Below are positions 41,158 to 54,869 of a stretch of DNA of 64,000 bases, piece by piece. The notes beneath the pieces are model-generated. The model saw only the letters and a program-made list of their open reading frames with translations, was not told the DNA's origin and made no database searches. Positions within the stretch are counted from its first letter, which is position 1. Each line of letters opens with the position of its first letter. The stretch is from Lama glama (taxonomy: Eukaryota). Position numbers and translations under genes: made by a program. The stretch is taken from contig CM052817.1 in assembly GCA_028534125.1 (NCBI GenBank), positions 103,108,001 through 103,172,000 on the forward strand, in the 5' to 3' direction.

Positions 41158-42544
41158 CTAAAGGAGAAAATAAGAACATGTTGTTATCAAACTGATTATG
41201 CACTTTTAAAAACAAATTAGAAAAGAGCAGGTTTATAGTTTACTAGAATAAAGCGCAACCCTGCCTCCTGAATGTAAGTATATCCTAAAAAATCTCTCAT
41301 GATAAGCAAAAAGATACTTTCAGGGACAAGAATATCCAAAGCCATTATGTTTGAAATATGCTTTGATCTAGGAACTTTGTAGGATTGCTGGAAAGCAGAT
41401 TATTTAAAAGCACTCTTCCCCCGCCCTCCATAAAAGATATGACTTATAATTTGTCTTCTGCTTTTGACTATCCAATGAGCTTCTCCTGTCAACCTTGAAT
41501 TTTCTCCTAAAAGCTGGGGGAATATGGAAGAATGCAGTTGACTGTCCTGGTGTCCCAAATCACAGGGTTCCACTTTCTAGAATCCTGAGTCTGTTGAACT
41601 GATGGGAACACACACATACCCAAACCACCACGAAGGCCAGTGGTCCAGGAACTCAGCTCGCATGTGAACTGGGCGTCCTCATCAGGTATGGAGAGTTCAT
41701 GCACTTCTGCGTAAAGGACTGTTCAGGCTCTGCAGCTCCCAACGCCAGTCCTCCCTGGGCCCACGAGATACCCACCCCCCTTCCAGATGGAACTCAGAGT
41801 TCTCTGGTTCGGACACTTACACCTCTGGTTATTAGGAAAGTTGTTACTCACCACCTCCTCGAACTAACACTTGCTAGAAAGGCTAAGGGTCAAAATAGCA
41901 GAACCTTTTTCAACCTGGTTCTGGAGCTACATTTGTCCAGGTTTCATTTGCCCAAATTTACCTCCCGATTCTAATACACATACAACCTAACGTACGCATA
42001 CACACAATCAAAACCAAAGCACCGGTTAAAAACCAAGCATTTATACTCCCAAGTTTGGGTGCATAAACAGAAACACAATAAATTCATTTCAAGTAAGCCA
42101 TTTAATTGGAAACCCTGTAGGCCATTCCACAGTCCCAGTGATGTGATACAAGGACAGTAGTAACACCCTGCTGCAAGAGACCTGTGGTCTCCTCCCCATC
42201 ACCTTCCTAGTAAGATACATGGTATCTACTTAAAGAAGGTGTCATATTTGGTAGTGCTTAGCATAGAGGGCCTTGCTTATAGCAGGTGCTTAATAAATGT
42301 TTAGTTAAGGCCTAAAATTACCCTGCAGGACTAATTTATTTTTCCAAGTACTTACTGTGTAAGGTATTATTCCAAGTGCTAGAAGTAAGAAGATAAATCG
42401 AACAGACTATCACTTAGACTAAAATCAAGGGTCAGCAAATAAAAGTTGAATGTTTTAAAGTTTTATTTCATTTTTTTGGAGGATCTCTTCAAAAACTGGG
42501 AAATGGTAACAGGGCTTCACATTGAGTGGTATTAAATCAACCAC

Positions 42545-42690
42545 TGAGCCCTTGGGCAAGTCACTTAAATTTGCTAGGCCTCAGTTTTCTCATCTGTTAA
42601 ATGGGGATAGTGACAGTTTCTAGGGTTATCATGAACATTAAATATAAGAGCCTTAAATATGCCTGACCCGCAGTAAGTGCTTCATAAGTC
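42545..42690 (+). mobile_element. MIR SINE just inside CPE intron 8
   Basis: MIR core ccttgggcaagtcacttaaatttgctaggcctcagttttctcatctgttaaatggggatag. Confidence 0.75.
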
Positions 42691-42693
42691 TTA

Positions 42694-42894
<201 letters not shown>

Positions 42895-43231
42895 TTAGTT
42901 CAGTTTTGATTCTCTGTCTTTAAAGTAGATGGTCATAGAATTTGATGAAATTCCATTGAAAAGAGTGTCACATCTCTAGAGGGCATCACTTCTTATGGCA
43001 ATTTTACAGATATTAATGTTAGATTATCTAATAAATCTTCTAAGATAATGAATCTTTGTAATCATGTCAGCAGTAGCACAGGTAAGCAGATACATGAAAT
43101 CCCCAGGCAGTGGGATCCGACTGTCTGGCACCATGTTTCAGTTCTTGCCAAGTATCTGGCTGTGAAGCCCTGGTTCTCTGAGAGTCTAGGTCAATGTCTC
43201 ACAAAGCGCAGCGTAAAGGCACTTGCCAACC

Positions 43232-43781
43232 TGTTAGGTGGTTAGATAAGTGGGGGCACCAGGCAGACAGGTGGAGGAGAGGGAGGAGGGTCCAGAAGAT
43301 GGTGTTATGCCCCCTTCAGCATAAAGGGGCTTTACTTCCTCTAAATGAGTGCCAACAAGAAACTAGTCAGGACCCAACAGCCGCAACTGCACATAGCGAC
43401 AAGGACCTAACCAGACATGACCTAGTGCTCATTGTAATATAATTAACATTGCCATTTAGCCCCGCCCCTCATGGGTTGTTCTGTGTGTGTCATGGGTAAG
43501 GACATGTGCAAAGAGGCCAAACATGAATGACTAAGCACTCCAGGCGCAAGAGCCATCAACCAATCAAAAGACCACCTCTAAGCGAGGATGTAAGAAAATG
43601 GGCAAAGATCGACGCTTTCGCCCTTTGGATCAGCCCACCACCCGCTCTTGGAGGGGTACTTCTTTTTTCCTAAATAAATCCTTTAAAATCTTCCACTACA
43701 CAACGCTCTCCATCTCCCGTCTGTAATCTTGTCTTTCGGGTAAGACAAGGACTTTTTGTTTTCCTTTTTTGGGGGATAACA
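43232..43781 (+). mobile_element. Solo ERV LTR, family X copy 2 (550 bp), CPE intron 7, antisense to CPE
   Basis: tgttaggtggttagataag...gggggataaca, perfect 4-bp TSD AACC, AATAAA at 43673-43678. Confidence 0.92.
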
Positions 43782-44204
43782 AACCCTCAGGCACCTGTCA
43801 GAAACTGAGCTTGCTAAAGACTCAGAACAGCCGGCCTGGCGTGCCTCATAGGAACCCATCTTCAACCGCCCCCAGAGGGTTCCGAGCTGTGTGCCCACTC
43901 CCCCTCCTCCCCGTGAGCCCCCACCTCTCTCCTGTCGCAGCTTAGGCTCCCAAACCCCCCCAGTCAGCCACGCTCACACGTAGCCTTCCGCTGGTCTGCT
44001 GTTCCCCATCTGCTTTACAGGCCTGGCAAACCCCCAGCGCTGGGTAACACCCGCCTCTCTACCCTACGCCTGCCCCTGTGGCTGTGGGAGGCTGGAGAAA
44101 ACACAAACCCTGCTGAGCTGTCTCCCGTCCACCAACAGCAGCCTTCCACAGGCCTGGGTCCTGCCCCGTCTTCCTCCCGGCTCCCTTCACTCCCCCATTT
44201 CCCA

Positions 44205-44350
44205 GATGGGTGCGGACCAATCACCTGGGAAATGGTAAAGTGCAAACTCTTGTTCACCAGCTCTGGGGTGAGGCCCGAGATTCTGCACTTCTAATCAGCT
44301 CACAGCAACACTGAATCCAGCTGCTGCTGGGTACCACACTCTGAAGAGCT
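44205..44350. mobile_element. MER5-like hAT DNA transposon remnant
   Basis: ctctggggtgaggcccgagattctgcacttctaatcagctc...gctgctgggtaccacactctgaagagc. Confidence 0.55.
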
Positions 44351-45926
44351 AGGCCTAGTGGACTTTCTTTTCACGCGTTCTCCTTTCTCCTAACACCTCT
44401 AAAGCTTCCTCTGCATCCTCACTCTCAGCTGATGCTTCACACTGTGTTTCACTGTGAATATGGAAACAGTTGGGGAAAAGTGAGCCCCCATCACCATCCC
44501 TTCCAATCTCCCTCTGGACTCCACATCTCCTTCAGCCAGTGCCTCATTTATCTTCTTCGTTTTCAGCGAAATTTCTGGAAAGACTTGCCAGCACTCTCCA
44601 TTTCTAACGTCTCTCCTAGTCTCTCTTAGATCCTTCCCAGTGAGGCCCCCACTGGTCCACTGAAACAGACTTGTCAGGACTCTCCACTCGGCCTCCTCCA
44701 CGAGGTTCCTGTAGCTGACACTGGTCAGCCCTCCCTCGTTCCTGAAACCCTTCCAGGCTCCCAGGACAATGCACTGGGTTTCCTCTCCACCTGAGACTCC
44801 ATTTCTCGTCCCTCCTTATTACCCTGCCCTCGAAAAGCTGCAGTGTCCCCGAGCCCAGTCCTCAGATTTCATTCTTTTCTACCTATATTTATTCCCAGCA
44901 TCAGATTTTCCTAAAGTTTCCACATCATGAAATGCAAAGAAAATACTGTTTGTATGTCACACTAGAGTTAATAGATAGAAGTAGCTTCTTGTGGCCAGAG
45001 GAGACACATTGGGGTCCTTCAGGACCCCCTCCCTGAGGGCGAGGGAGCAGTCACTCAGCACAGGTTTGGGCATATTGGTTGGGAAGGTGTGCTGGCACTT
45101 TGTGGGGTTGATAAGAATTGTTGAATGAATAAACAAATGGAGTTTTAGAGAATGAATGTTACAGATTAAAAAATACAAATTATAAATGTGGAGGTTAAGA
45201 AAGAAGTAATGGTATAAGATGTTTGGAAAATAAGTTAAAGGTTAATTAGTGCTAAGGTCAAGAAACCTGTAAAAAGTTCATAGCTAAAAAGATCCTGTTC
45301 TTGCTGAAAAGATCCCAACAAATGAGAGTGACGCTCAAATGAGCAGGACGGCTGCTTACTCCCAGGAGTAGGTAGGTTTGCCAGGGAAATGCATCATTTT
45401 CCCCAAACTAGGCAAGTGGAAAGGGGGCTTTAAACCCAGAAATGACAAACATTAACCTCGACCCTGTAACATCCTGTTCAGCCTTAAATACATCTGGGTT
45501 TAGGATACGGATTAAAGGAAGAAATCCTAGCCACACAATACACTTGACAGTTATCTCCTTTCCCACTCTTCTGCTCCCGCCTGAGGGCCACCAGTTAGCA
45601 GCTCATCAGCACTTCTCCGAGGAGAGATCAGAAAGACACGCTATTCTGGCTCCCGCTGGTCCACCTTCCTTGGCCTCAAGCACTGCAGACTCTCTGATGA
45701 GCTCTGGGGAGACACAGCAGAGGAAAGGGCGCCACCTGCTGCACCCCGACTTCCAAACACAGCAGCCCTCCTCACTGCCTGACCTGCTCCCCAAAGGAAA
45801 TTTAACTAGAGCAATGCTGGGGGAGAGACGAGGTAGAGAGACATGAGGCATTTAATTGCTCCGCTTAGAACAGTATAAGAAGCAGATCTATGGCAACAAG
45901 TCATCAGGCTCTCCTGTGCAATGCTA

Positions 45927-46064
<138 letters not shown>

Positions 46065-46511
46065 TCAAGAAGAACCAAGACATTCGTATTAGAAACAACC
46101 TAAAAACATGCTTCCTATCAAGCATCTCCTGATTTTCTAGCAAAATACTGCAGATCTCCCTTGTTGAAGAATCAAAATATGCTCCAAACGTCACTGAATT
46201 TTTTTGTGCACTCTTTACTCTGCTTTTTCTCAAGCAGGCAAATAAGAAGTAACCCCCTGAAAACCAGTATCTTATTCTGAGTCAAAGACCCTGCAGTATC
46301 TTCCAAACCATCAAAACAAACAAAAAAAAATGAAACAAAAGAAGTAAGTCTGTTAACTCTGTAAAATAGTTCTGGTCTTCACACATTTCATTGCTTTCTA
46401 TTATAAATGTGGTCACTTGTGTTTACATGCCCACTGTCATTTAACAAGCTCTTACATTACAGCCCTTCAATACTTGTTCTTTCTAGAGAAAAGGATATAT
46501 TCTGGGAGTAC

Positions 46512-46580
46512 TTCTTTTTTAATTGAAGTATAGTCAGTTGCAACGTGTCCATTTCTGGTGAACAGCATAGTGTTTCCGTA
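46512..46580 (-). mobile_element. ~70-bp L1 3' tail in CPE intron 6
   Basis: tttttttaattgaagtatagtcagttgcaacgtgtccatttctggtgaacagcatagtg; imperfect TSD gagtactt / gagcactt. Confidence 0.75.
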
Positions 46581-48558
46581 CTGTGAGCACTTTTGCATTA
46601 AACCCACTGACAATACTATTTTGGTTGAAAATCCATGGCACAAAAGGTCAGTGAACTTATTACCTGAAAAGTGGGCTTAGAAAGAAAATGAAGGACTTGC
46701 TATTGAGAGCAAGCCCCTGAATTCAGTTGCCATTTTCAACTAACAATTGCAGAGCAAACTACAGAAACAGGTTTATTTTTAAACATTCAGCTGTCAGTAT
46801 GTATTTGAAGTGACAGAAAGTCACTTAAATTCTTTGAGAAAGCACTGCTTCTGAAACATCAAATGATATTCTATCAACCTTGATTACTTAACAAGACACG
46901 TCCCACCCCCCAGATGCTCCAGTTGCTTCTCACTCAGTCTGGCCCCAGAAAATGAATTTTCTTTTGCTACTAATGATATTTGAATATTTCTTTACAGAAA
47001 GTAGAATGAGTCTCATGTGTCCCTTAGTCATGAGGGAATAAATCTGGCCGTGGTATAATGTTCATCAAAGGGATGCCCTTGGTTATCAGCAATTTTTTTT
47101 TTGCATTTGTTATTTTTTCTTAAAAAGCAAAACTTCTTAAAGTCTATAAAAGTAACACACAATTCTTTTCTCTAAAGGCAACTTACCAATGGTAAAAAGC
47201 TATCCATGTTGTCAGTAATAATAAACAATAATTTTAATAGCAACCAGTAGGGTGAGAAGAGAGTAAAGACATCTAGAAAAAAAATTTTTAGGAGCTAGTG
47301 AGTCTCTGACTTTCCTCCAAGACTTACCTATGTATAAGCCAACTAAAATTGAAAGAGATTGAAATTTAGCCAGTGGAAACATAAAAATTAAGCTTTCTGA
47401 ATGAAATTAACATGGTGGAAGTCACTGGGATCAGAAACATTGTGGAGATGCATTCATTCGTCTTGAGGCACAATAATCTGATATTATCAATACTATAAAC
47501 CTTAGAGAAATGAAGGTTTGAAATTTTCCTCATCATTGCAAAAAAATCACTCCAAAAACATATAATTCACCTGCATGAGGCACAAATTTACCCAGTTACT
47601 ATTCGTGACTTTACTTTCTCTGTCTCTGAAACCCAAGACTTTCTATTACAGTAGGCGATTAACAGAGTTAAAGAAGTCAGTGCCTATCTCTGAAATGCCA
47701 ACTGTGGCGCACAACTTTTTTGTCTGAAAAATTCCGCTGCAGTAGTAAGTCTCAGTCGAAGTGTTACAGGCTGTAACGACTCCACACGAACGCAGACTGG
47801 GAAACACAGTCGTTTCATGGCTCTTGCAAGGGGAATTCCAGAAGTCTGAATTTCACTCATACCTGCAGAAACTACCATGCTACACTTGTCCTTCCTATCA
47901 TTCTCTCCCTGGATTCCAGGACACTTCAGTCAACCAAAGCTAAATAAATAAATAAATAAATGAAACCCAGAAGATTCTTCATTGTTGCCAGAATTGTTTA
48001 TATCAATAGCCTTTAAATCCTCAAATACTTAAGTGTCACCCAGAGGGCTTGCTGAAATGGCTCTGGGACAGGAAACTCATTTTCAACAAGAACCCAGACG
48101 ATTCTGATGCAGGTGCTCAGGAAGCATTCTTTGACAAATTCTTTGGAAATTTTGAGAACTAGACGGTTCCAAAACTACTGAGTGGGAGCACTTCTTAGCA
48201 AACTGTTTACCCTAATTAACTCTGATTCCAGTCCCTACAAACATCCCTGTAAAACCCTGCAAGAGATTTCCTCTCAGCCAGTCACTGAATTAGAGCTCCT
48301 AATCACCTATTTTCCACGAGTGGTAAAACTGGTCCATGCTAAGATTTCAGGCCCAGGTGTTCAATTACTAATCACTACCATACTGCTTCACTGTCAAGAA
48401 AACAATGTCAACACAGGACATCTGGCAGTCTCCACTGATCTGTCACCAGCCTTGGGTTCCCTGAACTAGAGCGATCTGTGAGGTGAGCTGTGTGAGTGCA
48501 TGGTAAACACCACTCTGACTGCTTCTCTACAGCCTGCACCACAACACCGATGTCATAC

Positions 48559-49104
48559 TGACAAGCAGTTAGATAAGTGGGGACACCAGGCAGGCAGGTG
48601 GAAGAGAGGGGGGATGGTCAGGGAGATGGCGTTATGCCCGCCTCCAGCATAAAGGGGCTTTACTTCCTCTAAATGACTGCCAGCAAGAAACCGGTTAGAA
48701 CCGACGGCTAGGACTGCATGGTAGCAGAAAGGACTTAACCAGACATGATCTAATGTTCATCGTATTATAGTTAACATTTCAGTTTAGGCTCCCCACCGTG
48801 AGTTTTTCTGTGTGCATCATAGGTAAGGACATGCACAAAGGGGACGAACGTGACTAAGCACTCCAGGGGCAAGAGCTGTCAATCAATCAAGAGGCCCCCT
48901 GTAAGCGAGGATGTGAGAGAAGGGGAGACAAAAATCGCTGCTTTTCCTCCTGTGCATCAGCCTGCCTCCCGTTCTTGGGGGTGTGCCTTTCCTTTTCTAA
49001 ATAAATCCTTTAAAAATCTTTCACTACACAGCGCACCGTCTCCTGAGAGTAAACTTACCTTTCAGGTATGACAAGGACTGGGGTCTTAACCTTTTGGGGT
49101 GACA
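48559..49104 (+). mobile_element. Solo ERV LTR, family X copy 3 (546 bp), CPE intron 6, antisense to CPE
   Basis: tgacaagcagttagataagtgggg...ttttggggtgaca, TSD ATAC/ATAT (one mismatch), AATAAA at 49000-49005; collinear with copies 1 and 2. Confidence 0.9.
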
Positions 49105-50479
49105 ATATCAGTGTGGGTCACAGCGATCTGTGGGAAGATCAAGTTCTCCCTCCAAGTGGCATAAAACAGAACTGTAGGACCTGGTCCCTCTTCTTTGCAG
49201 CTTATTCTTATATAAACTGATACAGCTTTTAGATGGATTAATGCAACTGCCACCCTAAATACAACAAGCATTCTCCTCTTTCTGACGGCACACGTTTGGG
49301 TTTTATTTCGCTCTGTATTGCAGGTTTGAACCAAGAGAGAACTTAAGCAGCAGCTGAACTTGTATTTCAATTGTTGATCGGAGTGACAATCTTATGGACA
49401 TCGAGTATCGTGAGTCTGACAGCATAGCTCCAAGAAGCCTTTTCTGAACTCACAGGACTGGGCGAGGGACCCTTCTGTGCGCTGCCATTACTCTTTATTT
49501 TAGCACTTATCATCCTCCCTTCAATTAGATCTGGATGCCTGAACCCCACTAATACAGAGCCTCCTGGAGGGCAGTCACTATCCCCAGTGCCTCACAGGGT
49601 GCCTAGGTCACGAAAGCAGCTCAGTAAATTTCTGTTGAAAAAACATGTAAATAACAGGAAAAGCACTGTATCAAGGAAGCCTGCTTTGATATCTAAGCAG
49701 AGAACACACCAAACAGGCCCATCTTACTTCCTCTACCCAAAAATACATTTTCTAATTTTGCTCTTAAAAGATTCACCCAAATATAACACTCCTTAAAGGA
49801 CATTCTACCGGGGTTCCCACTAAGGTTGCTCCAGGGTCAACATGTTTAGTTTTGTTGTTGAAAAACACCTTTTTATGTTAACGTGCAGTAGGATTCCACC
49901 GATTTAAAAAATCCTGCGTAATGGGGGTTTTTTAACCACTGTCTGTCATCAGTGGAGCTATTCCATGATAATTCCTTTTGCTAAGATGTGATATGGATAT
50001 TCGACATGTGTAAAAGGATTCTCAAGCTGATTTTACATTTTTTACTGCACTGGGTTCATATGCTTATGCTTATATGTACATATATATGCCAATAGCTAAC
50101 ATGTCTATTTAATAGCATTTATTTATGTCAAATTAGTTTAAAAATCAGTCTGGACTATCTGTTAGCACGTGAAACTAACATCACTCTCCTAGACTTTGGG
50201 TGTCAATGGCCATATACGGAATGCAATGTGAAACTGTCAAGGCGCTGCAGGCAAGGAACAGGGTCCTCGCGTCTTTCCCACCAGCACCGCCCCAGATGCC
50301 AATGCCTCCCTGGCACAGAGGGGTAGGGCTGGCTGGGCACTGGCCTGGGTTGAGTTTGAGTAGGTAGGTATTTTATTCTGACACATGGTGAGATTTCCCC
50401 CAAATTCTGTACTGCGACTCTCTTCTGGTAAAGATCTAAGCGTATGTCATGAGCAGCAATATGGCACGGTAATTCTGGA

Positions 50480-50724
50480 ACTAGAGCTTGGATTCTGGCT
50501 GAATGACTTCAGGAAAGCTGCTTAACTTCTCTGTGCCTCTGATTCCTCGTTTTTAATTCAGGGATGATGATGATGGAGAAGACGATGATGATGCTACAAT
50601 TGCCCTCACAGTGTTGTTATAATACTGAAATGAATTAATTATCACAAGGGAGACATTTAGAACAATGCCTGGGAAACAGCAAGTGCCCAATAAGTGTAAG
50701 TTGTCATCATCATCATCATCATCA

Positions 50725-50770
<46 letters not shown>
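50480..50770 (+). repeat. MIR SINE ending in a compound (CAT)n(TAT)n microsatellite (50704-50769)
   Basis: MIR core (gcttaacttctctgtgcctctgattcctcg...tttagaacaatgcctggg) followed by ~8 CAT and ~13 TAT units. Confidence 0.85.
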
Positions 50771-50771
<1 letters not shown>

Positions 50772-51249
50772 TCAAATCCAGCTGAGTCTAGCGTGAGACA
50801 AGTGGGCACAGAATTTAAGGAGGCGTTCGTTCACTCTCAGGTGCTGATCCTGTCCCTGCATGACCCTGAGAGTGAAAGGCTCCTTAAATTTTGCATCCTC
50901 AGTGGCTCACTTATCTCGTTCTAGTCTAGGTCCTGCCCAGGATGCCCAACAGACCCAAGGTGATCAGGGGGAAGGAGGGTCGCCCTTGCTCAGTGCAATA
51001 TGAAAGAAAAAAAGGATTCTTTCCCCCCTCACTCTCTGCAACTCTCCAGTTTAACCAGTTCTCAACATATTCATGAACCACGCCTATGACAATGACAACC
51101 TATTTGAACCACCAATGACACATTTTCCAAGTGTCGTGTCCTCATTCTGGGTCCAATGGATTCCCCTAGACTGGGATCCTCTCAGGAGACTATTGTGCAC
51201 CCGGTTTAAATGCTCTCAGGTCTCTCATTGTACGCTGGAGACCGCTTAC

Positions 51250-51389
51250 CTGCTGGATGTAGCTAATGAGGGAGTTCTTGTTATCCTCCCAGTAGCTCTT
51301 CAAGGTCTCTTCGGGCGGGAACTTCTCACAGCTAAGCTCCACGGTGATCTCAAAGCAGTTGCTGCTGAGGTAGTTGAAGTCTTGCATTC
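51250..51389 (-). CDS. CPE: Carboxypeptidase E, coding exon 6, 140 nt
   Basis: Translates (G)[46 protein letters not shown], containing the catalytic Glu in ITVELSC. Acceptor ctgacag|GA, donor CAG|gtaagc. Confidence 0.98.
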
Positions 51390-51689
51390 CTGTCAGAACA
51401 CCGAATGAAAAGTCAAAACAGGCGTGTGGTGACTAAAACGCTACACAGGCTGTTCTGCTCAACTGAAAGCCAAGGAAAGGTGTACCAGCCAGTGCATTTC
51501 AGGGAGACCGTGGGAAATCGCAAGGGAAATCACCTGTCATAAGGGATGGGACCACATAGGCACAAACTCTCTCGGGTTCTTAAGCTGTCACTTAGTGCGA
51601 CGCACTGCCGCTGCAGGGTGCTAGAGCGGTCAGCCACATTCCACGCCGCCGCAAGCAGCTTCCCCGACCACAGCAGGGAGTGACTGCAT

Positions 51690-54600
51690 CAAAGTGTGCA
51701 ACAGGCGTTTTCTCCTGTCTTCCCTCCCCAGAGAACCCCAATTTTGACAATTACCCATGAATAGAGTACCTTTGTGAAAGTCTAGGAGTCCAATGGAAAA
51801 GTTCCAGCACACCATTGGAGCAAAAAATAAAAATAATTCAAGACTGGACACACTGAAGGGAGTAAGAGGAACAGGTTCACTGGACCTGCATCGCCCCTTC
51901 TCTAAGGTGGCACAGCTCGGGGCCAAAAGAGACCTAATTAGTAACTTGAAAACATATGAAAATATACAACACACTGGTAAAGGTAAGTATGTGGTCAGAT
52001 TCAGACTATTCTAACACTGTAATATGGTAGTGTATTCATCACTTAAGTCTAGTATAAATGTTAAGAAATATTAAAAGTAACTACAGCTACAATCATTTGT
52101 CTATGGATACACACAATATGGAAAGATGTACACTGTGACATCAAAATATCATTTTATATGTCAGGAGAGGAAGGTAAAAGGGTAGACTGTTTGTCATCAA
52201 AGTCAGGTTGTTGACAACATAAAACTGACTGCTAAGTTGTAAGATGTTTTGTGTAAGCTTCGTGGTAACCATAAAGCAAAAACCTACAGTAGAGTCAAAA
52301 AAGTTGAAGAGAAAGGAATTCAAACAGACCACTGCAGAAAATCATCATTCACAAAGCAAGAGAGCAAGAGGGGAAGAAAGGAATAGGGGAACTGCAAAAC
52401 AGAAAACAATAAGATGGTAAGTACTTACCTATCAATAACTATTTTAAATCTAAATTGATTAAATTCTCCAATCAAAAGGCACAGAGTGGCTGAATGGATA
52501 AAAAAAAAATAAGACCCAACCATACGCTACCTACAAGAAACTTACTGCAGCTTTAAGAACACACATAGGCTCAAAGTGAAGGATGAAAAAGGGTATTGCA
52601 GGCCTATGAAACCAAGAGAGGAGAGGTAGCCATACTTATCTCAGACAAAATACACTTTAGGCCAAAAACTGTAACAAGAGACAAAGAAGGTCATTTTGAT
52701 AAAGGGGCCAATGCATCAAAGGACATAACTATCAAAAATCCATTAGCACTCCACATTGGAGCATCTAAATATATTAAGTAAATACAGATCTGAAGGGAGA
52801 AATAGACAACAGTACAATAATGGTAGGGGACTTCAATACCCCACTTTCAATAATGGATAAACAGACCATCCAGACAGAATATGAGTAAGGACACACTGGC
52901 CTTGAACTATGCTTCATACCAAATGGACCTAACAGACATACAGAACATACCATCCAACAGCTGTACATTAAACATTCTTCTCAAGCACACGTGGAACATT
53001 CTCCTGGATAAATCGTATAAGTCATAAAGCAAAGCTTAGCAAACCAAAGTAGACTGAAGTCATAGAAAGTATCTTTTTCAACCACACTGACACGAAACTA
53101 GAAGTCATAACAGGAGGAAAACTGGAAAATTCACAAACGTGTAGAAAAATAAACACAATCTCTAACAACCAATGGATCAAAAGGAAACCAAAACATCTTG
53201 AACAAATGACAATAGAAACACAACATACCAAAATTTATAAGATGCAGCAAAAGCAGTTTGAAGAGAGGAGTTAATTATGATAAATGCTCACATTAAGAAA
53301 AAAGAAATATCTCAAATAGACAATTTAACCCTACACTTCAAAGACCTGGGAAAAGAAAAAAGTCAAGCCCAAAGTTAGCAGAAGGAAGGAAATAATAGAG
53401 ATCAAAGCAGACATAAATGAAATAGAGATTGAAAAAACAATAGAAAAGATCAATAAATCTAAGAGTTGGTTTTTGAAAATAAAAACAATACAGGCAAACC
53501 TTTAGCTAGACTTACCAAGGAAAAAAAGAAGAAGGACTCAAAAAAATAAAAAATTAAAGAGGAGACATTACAGGTAATACCACAGAAATACAAAGGATCA
53601 AAAAAGACTACTGTGAACAACTATAAGCCAACAGCTAACCTAGAAGAAATGGATAAATTCCAGGAAATATACAACCCACCAAGACTGAACCATGAAGAAA
53701 CAGAAAATCTGAAACAGACCAATTACTAGTAAGGCTATTGAATCAGTAACCAAAAACTTCCCCAAAAGAAAAGCCCAGGGCCAGATGGTTTCACTGGTAA
53801 ATTCTACCAGACATTTAAAGAAAAATTAACACCAGTCCACGTCAAACTCAACCAAAACACTGAAGAGAAGGGGACACGTCTAAACTTTTTACAAGTCCAG
53901 CATTGTGCTGACTCCAAAGTCAGATAGGGAGACTACAGGAAAGTTTACAGGTTGATTATTCTGATGAATAGACACAAAAATTCTAAAAACAAACAAACAA
54001 AAAAACACTAGCAAACTGAACTCAACAGCACATTAAAAAAAATCATACACCACAATCAAATGAAATTTATCCCTGGGAAGCAAAGGTGGTTAAACATACA
54101 CAAATCAATAAATACACCACATTAATAGAATGAAAGATAAAAATGATACGATGATCTCAAAAGATGTAGACAAAGCATTTGATAAAATTCAACATTTTTT
54201 TCATGACAAAAACCCTCAACAGATTGGGTATAAAAGGAACAGACGTTAACACAATAGAGTCCATATATGGCAAGCCCATAAGTAAAGTCCATATATGATA
54301 TGACATCATACTCCATGGTGAAAGATTTAAAGCTTTTACTCTAATAACAAGAAAAAGACAAGAGGGCCTACTCAGCACTCCTATTCAACATAGTACTAGA
54401 AAGTCCTAGCCAGAGAAATAAGGCAAGAAATATATAGACATCCAAGCTGGAAAGGAAGAAGTAAAATGATCTCTGTCTGTAGATGATATGATCTCACATA
54501 CAGAAAACCCTAAAGACCCCACAGACACAAATACTGTTAGAACTAGTAAGAGAATTTATTACAGTTGCAGGATGTCAAACCAACATACAAAAATCAGTTG

Positions 54601-54722
54601 CATATATATATATATATATATAAACAAACTATCCAAAAAACAGATAAAGTCATTTACAATAGCATCAAAAACAATAAAATACTTAGGAATAAATTTAGCC
54701 AAGGAGATGAAAGATTTGTATG
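51690..54722 (+). mobile_element. Older LINE-1 (5' piece plus ORF2 EN/RT), CPE intron 5, antisense to CPE
   Basis: EN remnant (VAILISDKIHFRPKTVTRDKEGH), gggacttcaataccccactttcaataatgga, RT remnant (gatgatatgatc...gaaaaccctaaagac); many frameshifts. Confidence 0.9.
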
Positions 54723-54869
54723 CTGTAAGTATGTAGTGGGATCTCATTGATATTTTAATATGCAGTTCCCTATTGATTTATGAAGTTGACCATCTTTTCA
54801 TTCGCTAATTTGTCATCTATATCTCTTCTTTGGTGAGGTATCTGTTCAGATCCTTTGCCCAATTTTTAA

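Noticed and set aside
51073..51408. Plus-strand ORFs overlapping CPE exons (also 61732-62007, 63332-63586, 42703-42909)
   Set aside because: Antisense shadows of coding exons with no independent evidence of coding.
51595..51670. CpG-rich patch as a CTCF site or CpG island
   Set aside because: Too short for an island and a poor match to the CTCF core; it adjoins an L1 5' fragment.
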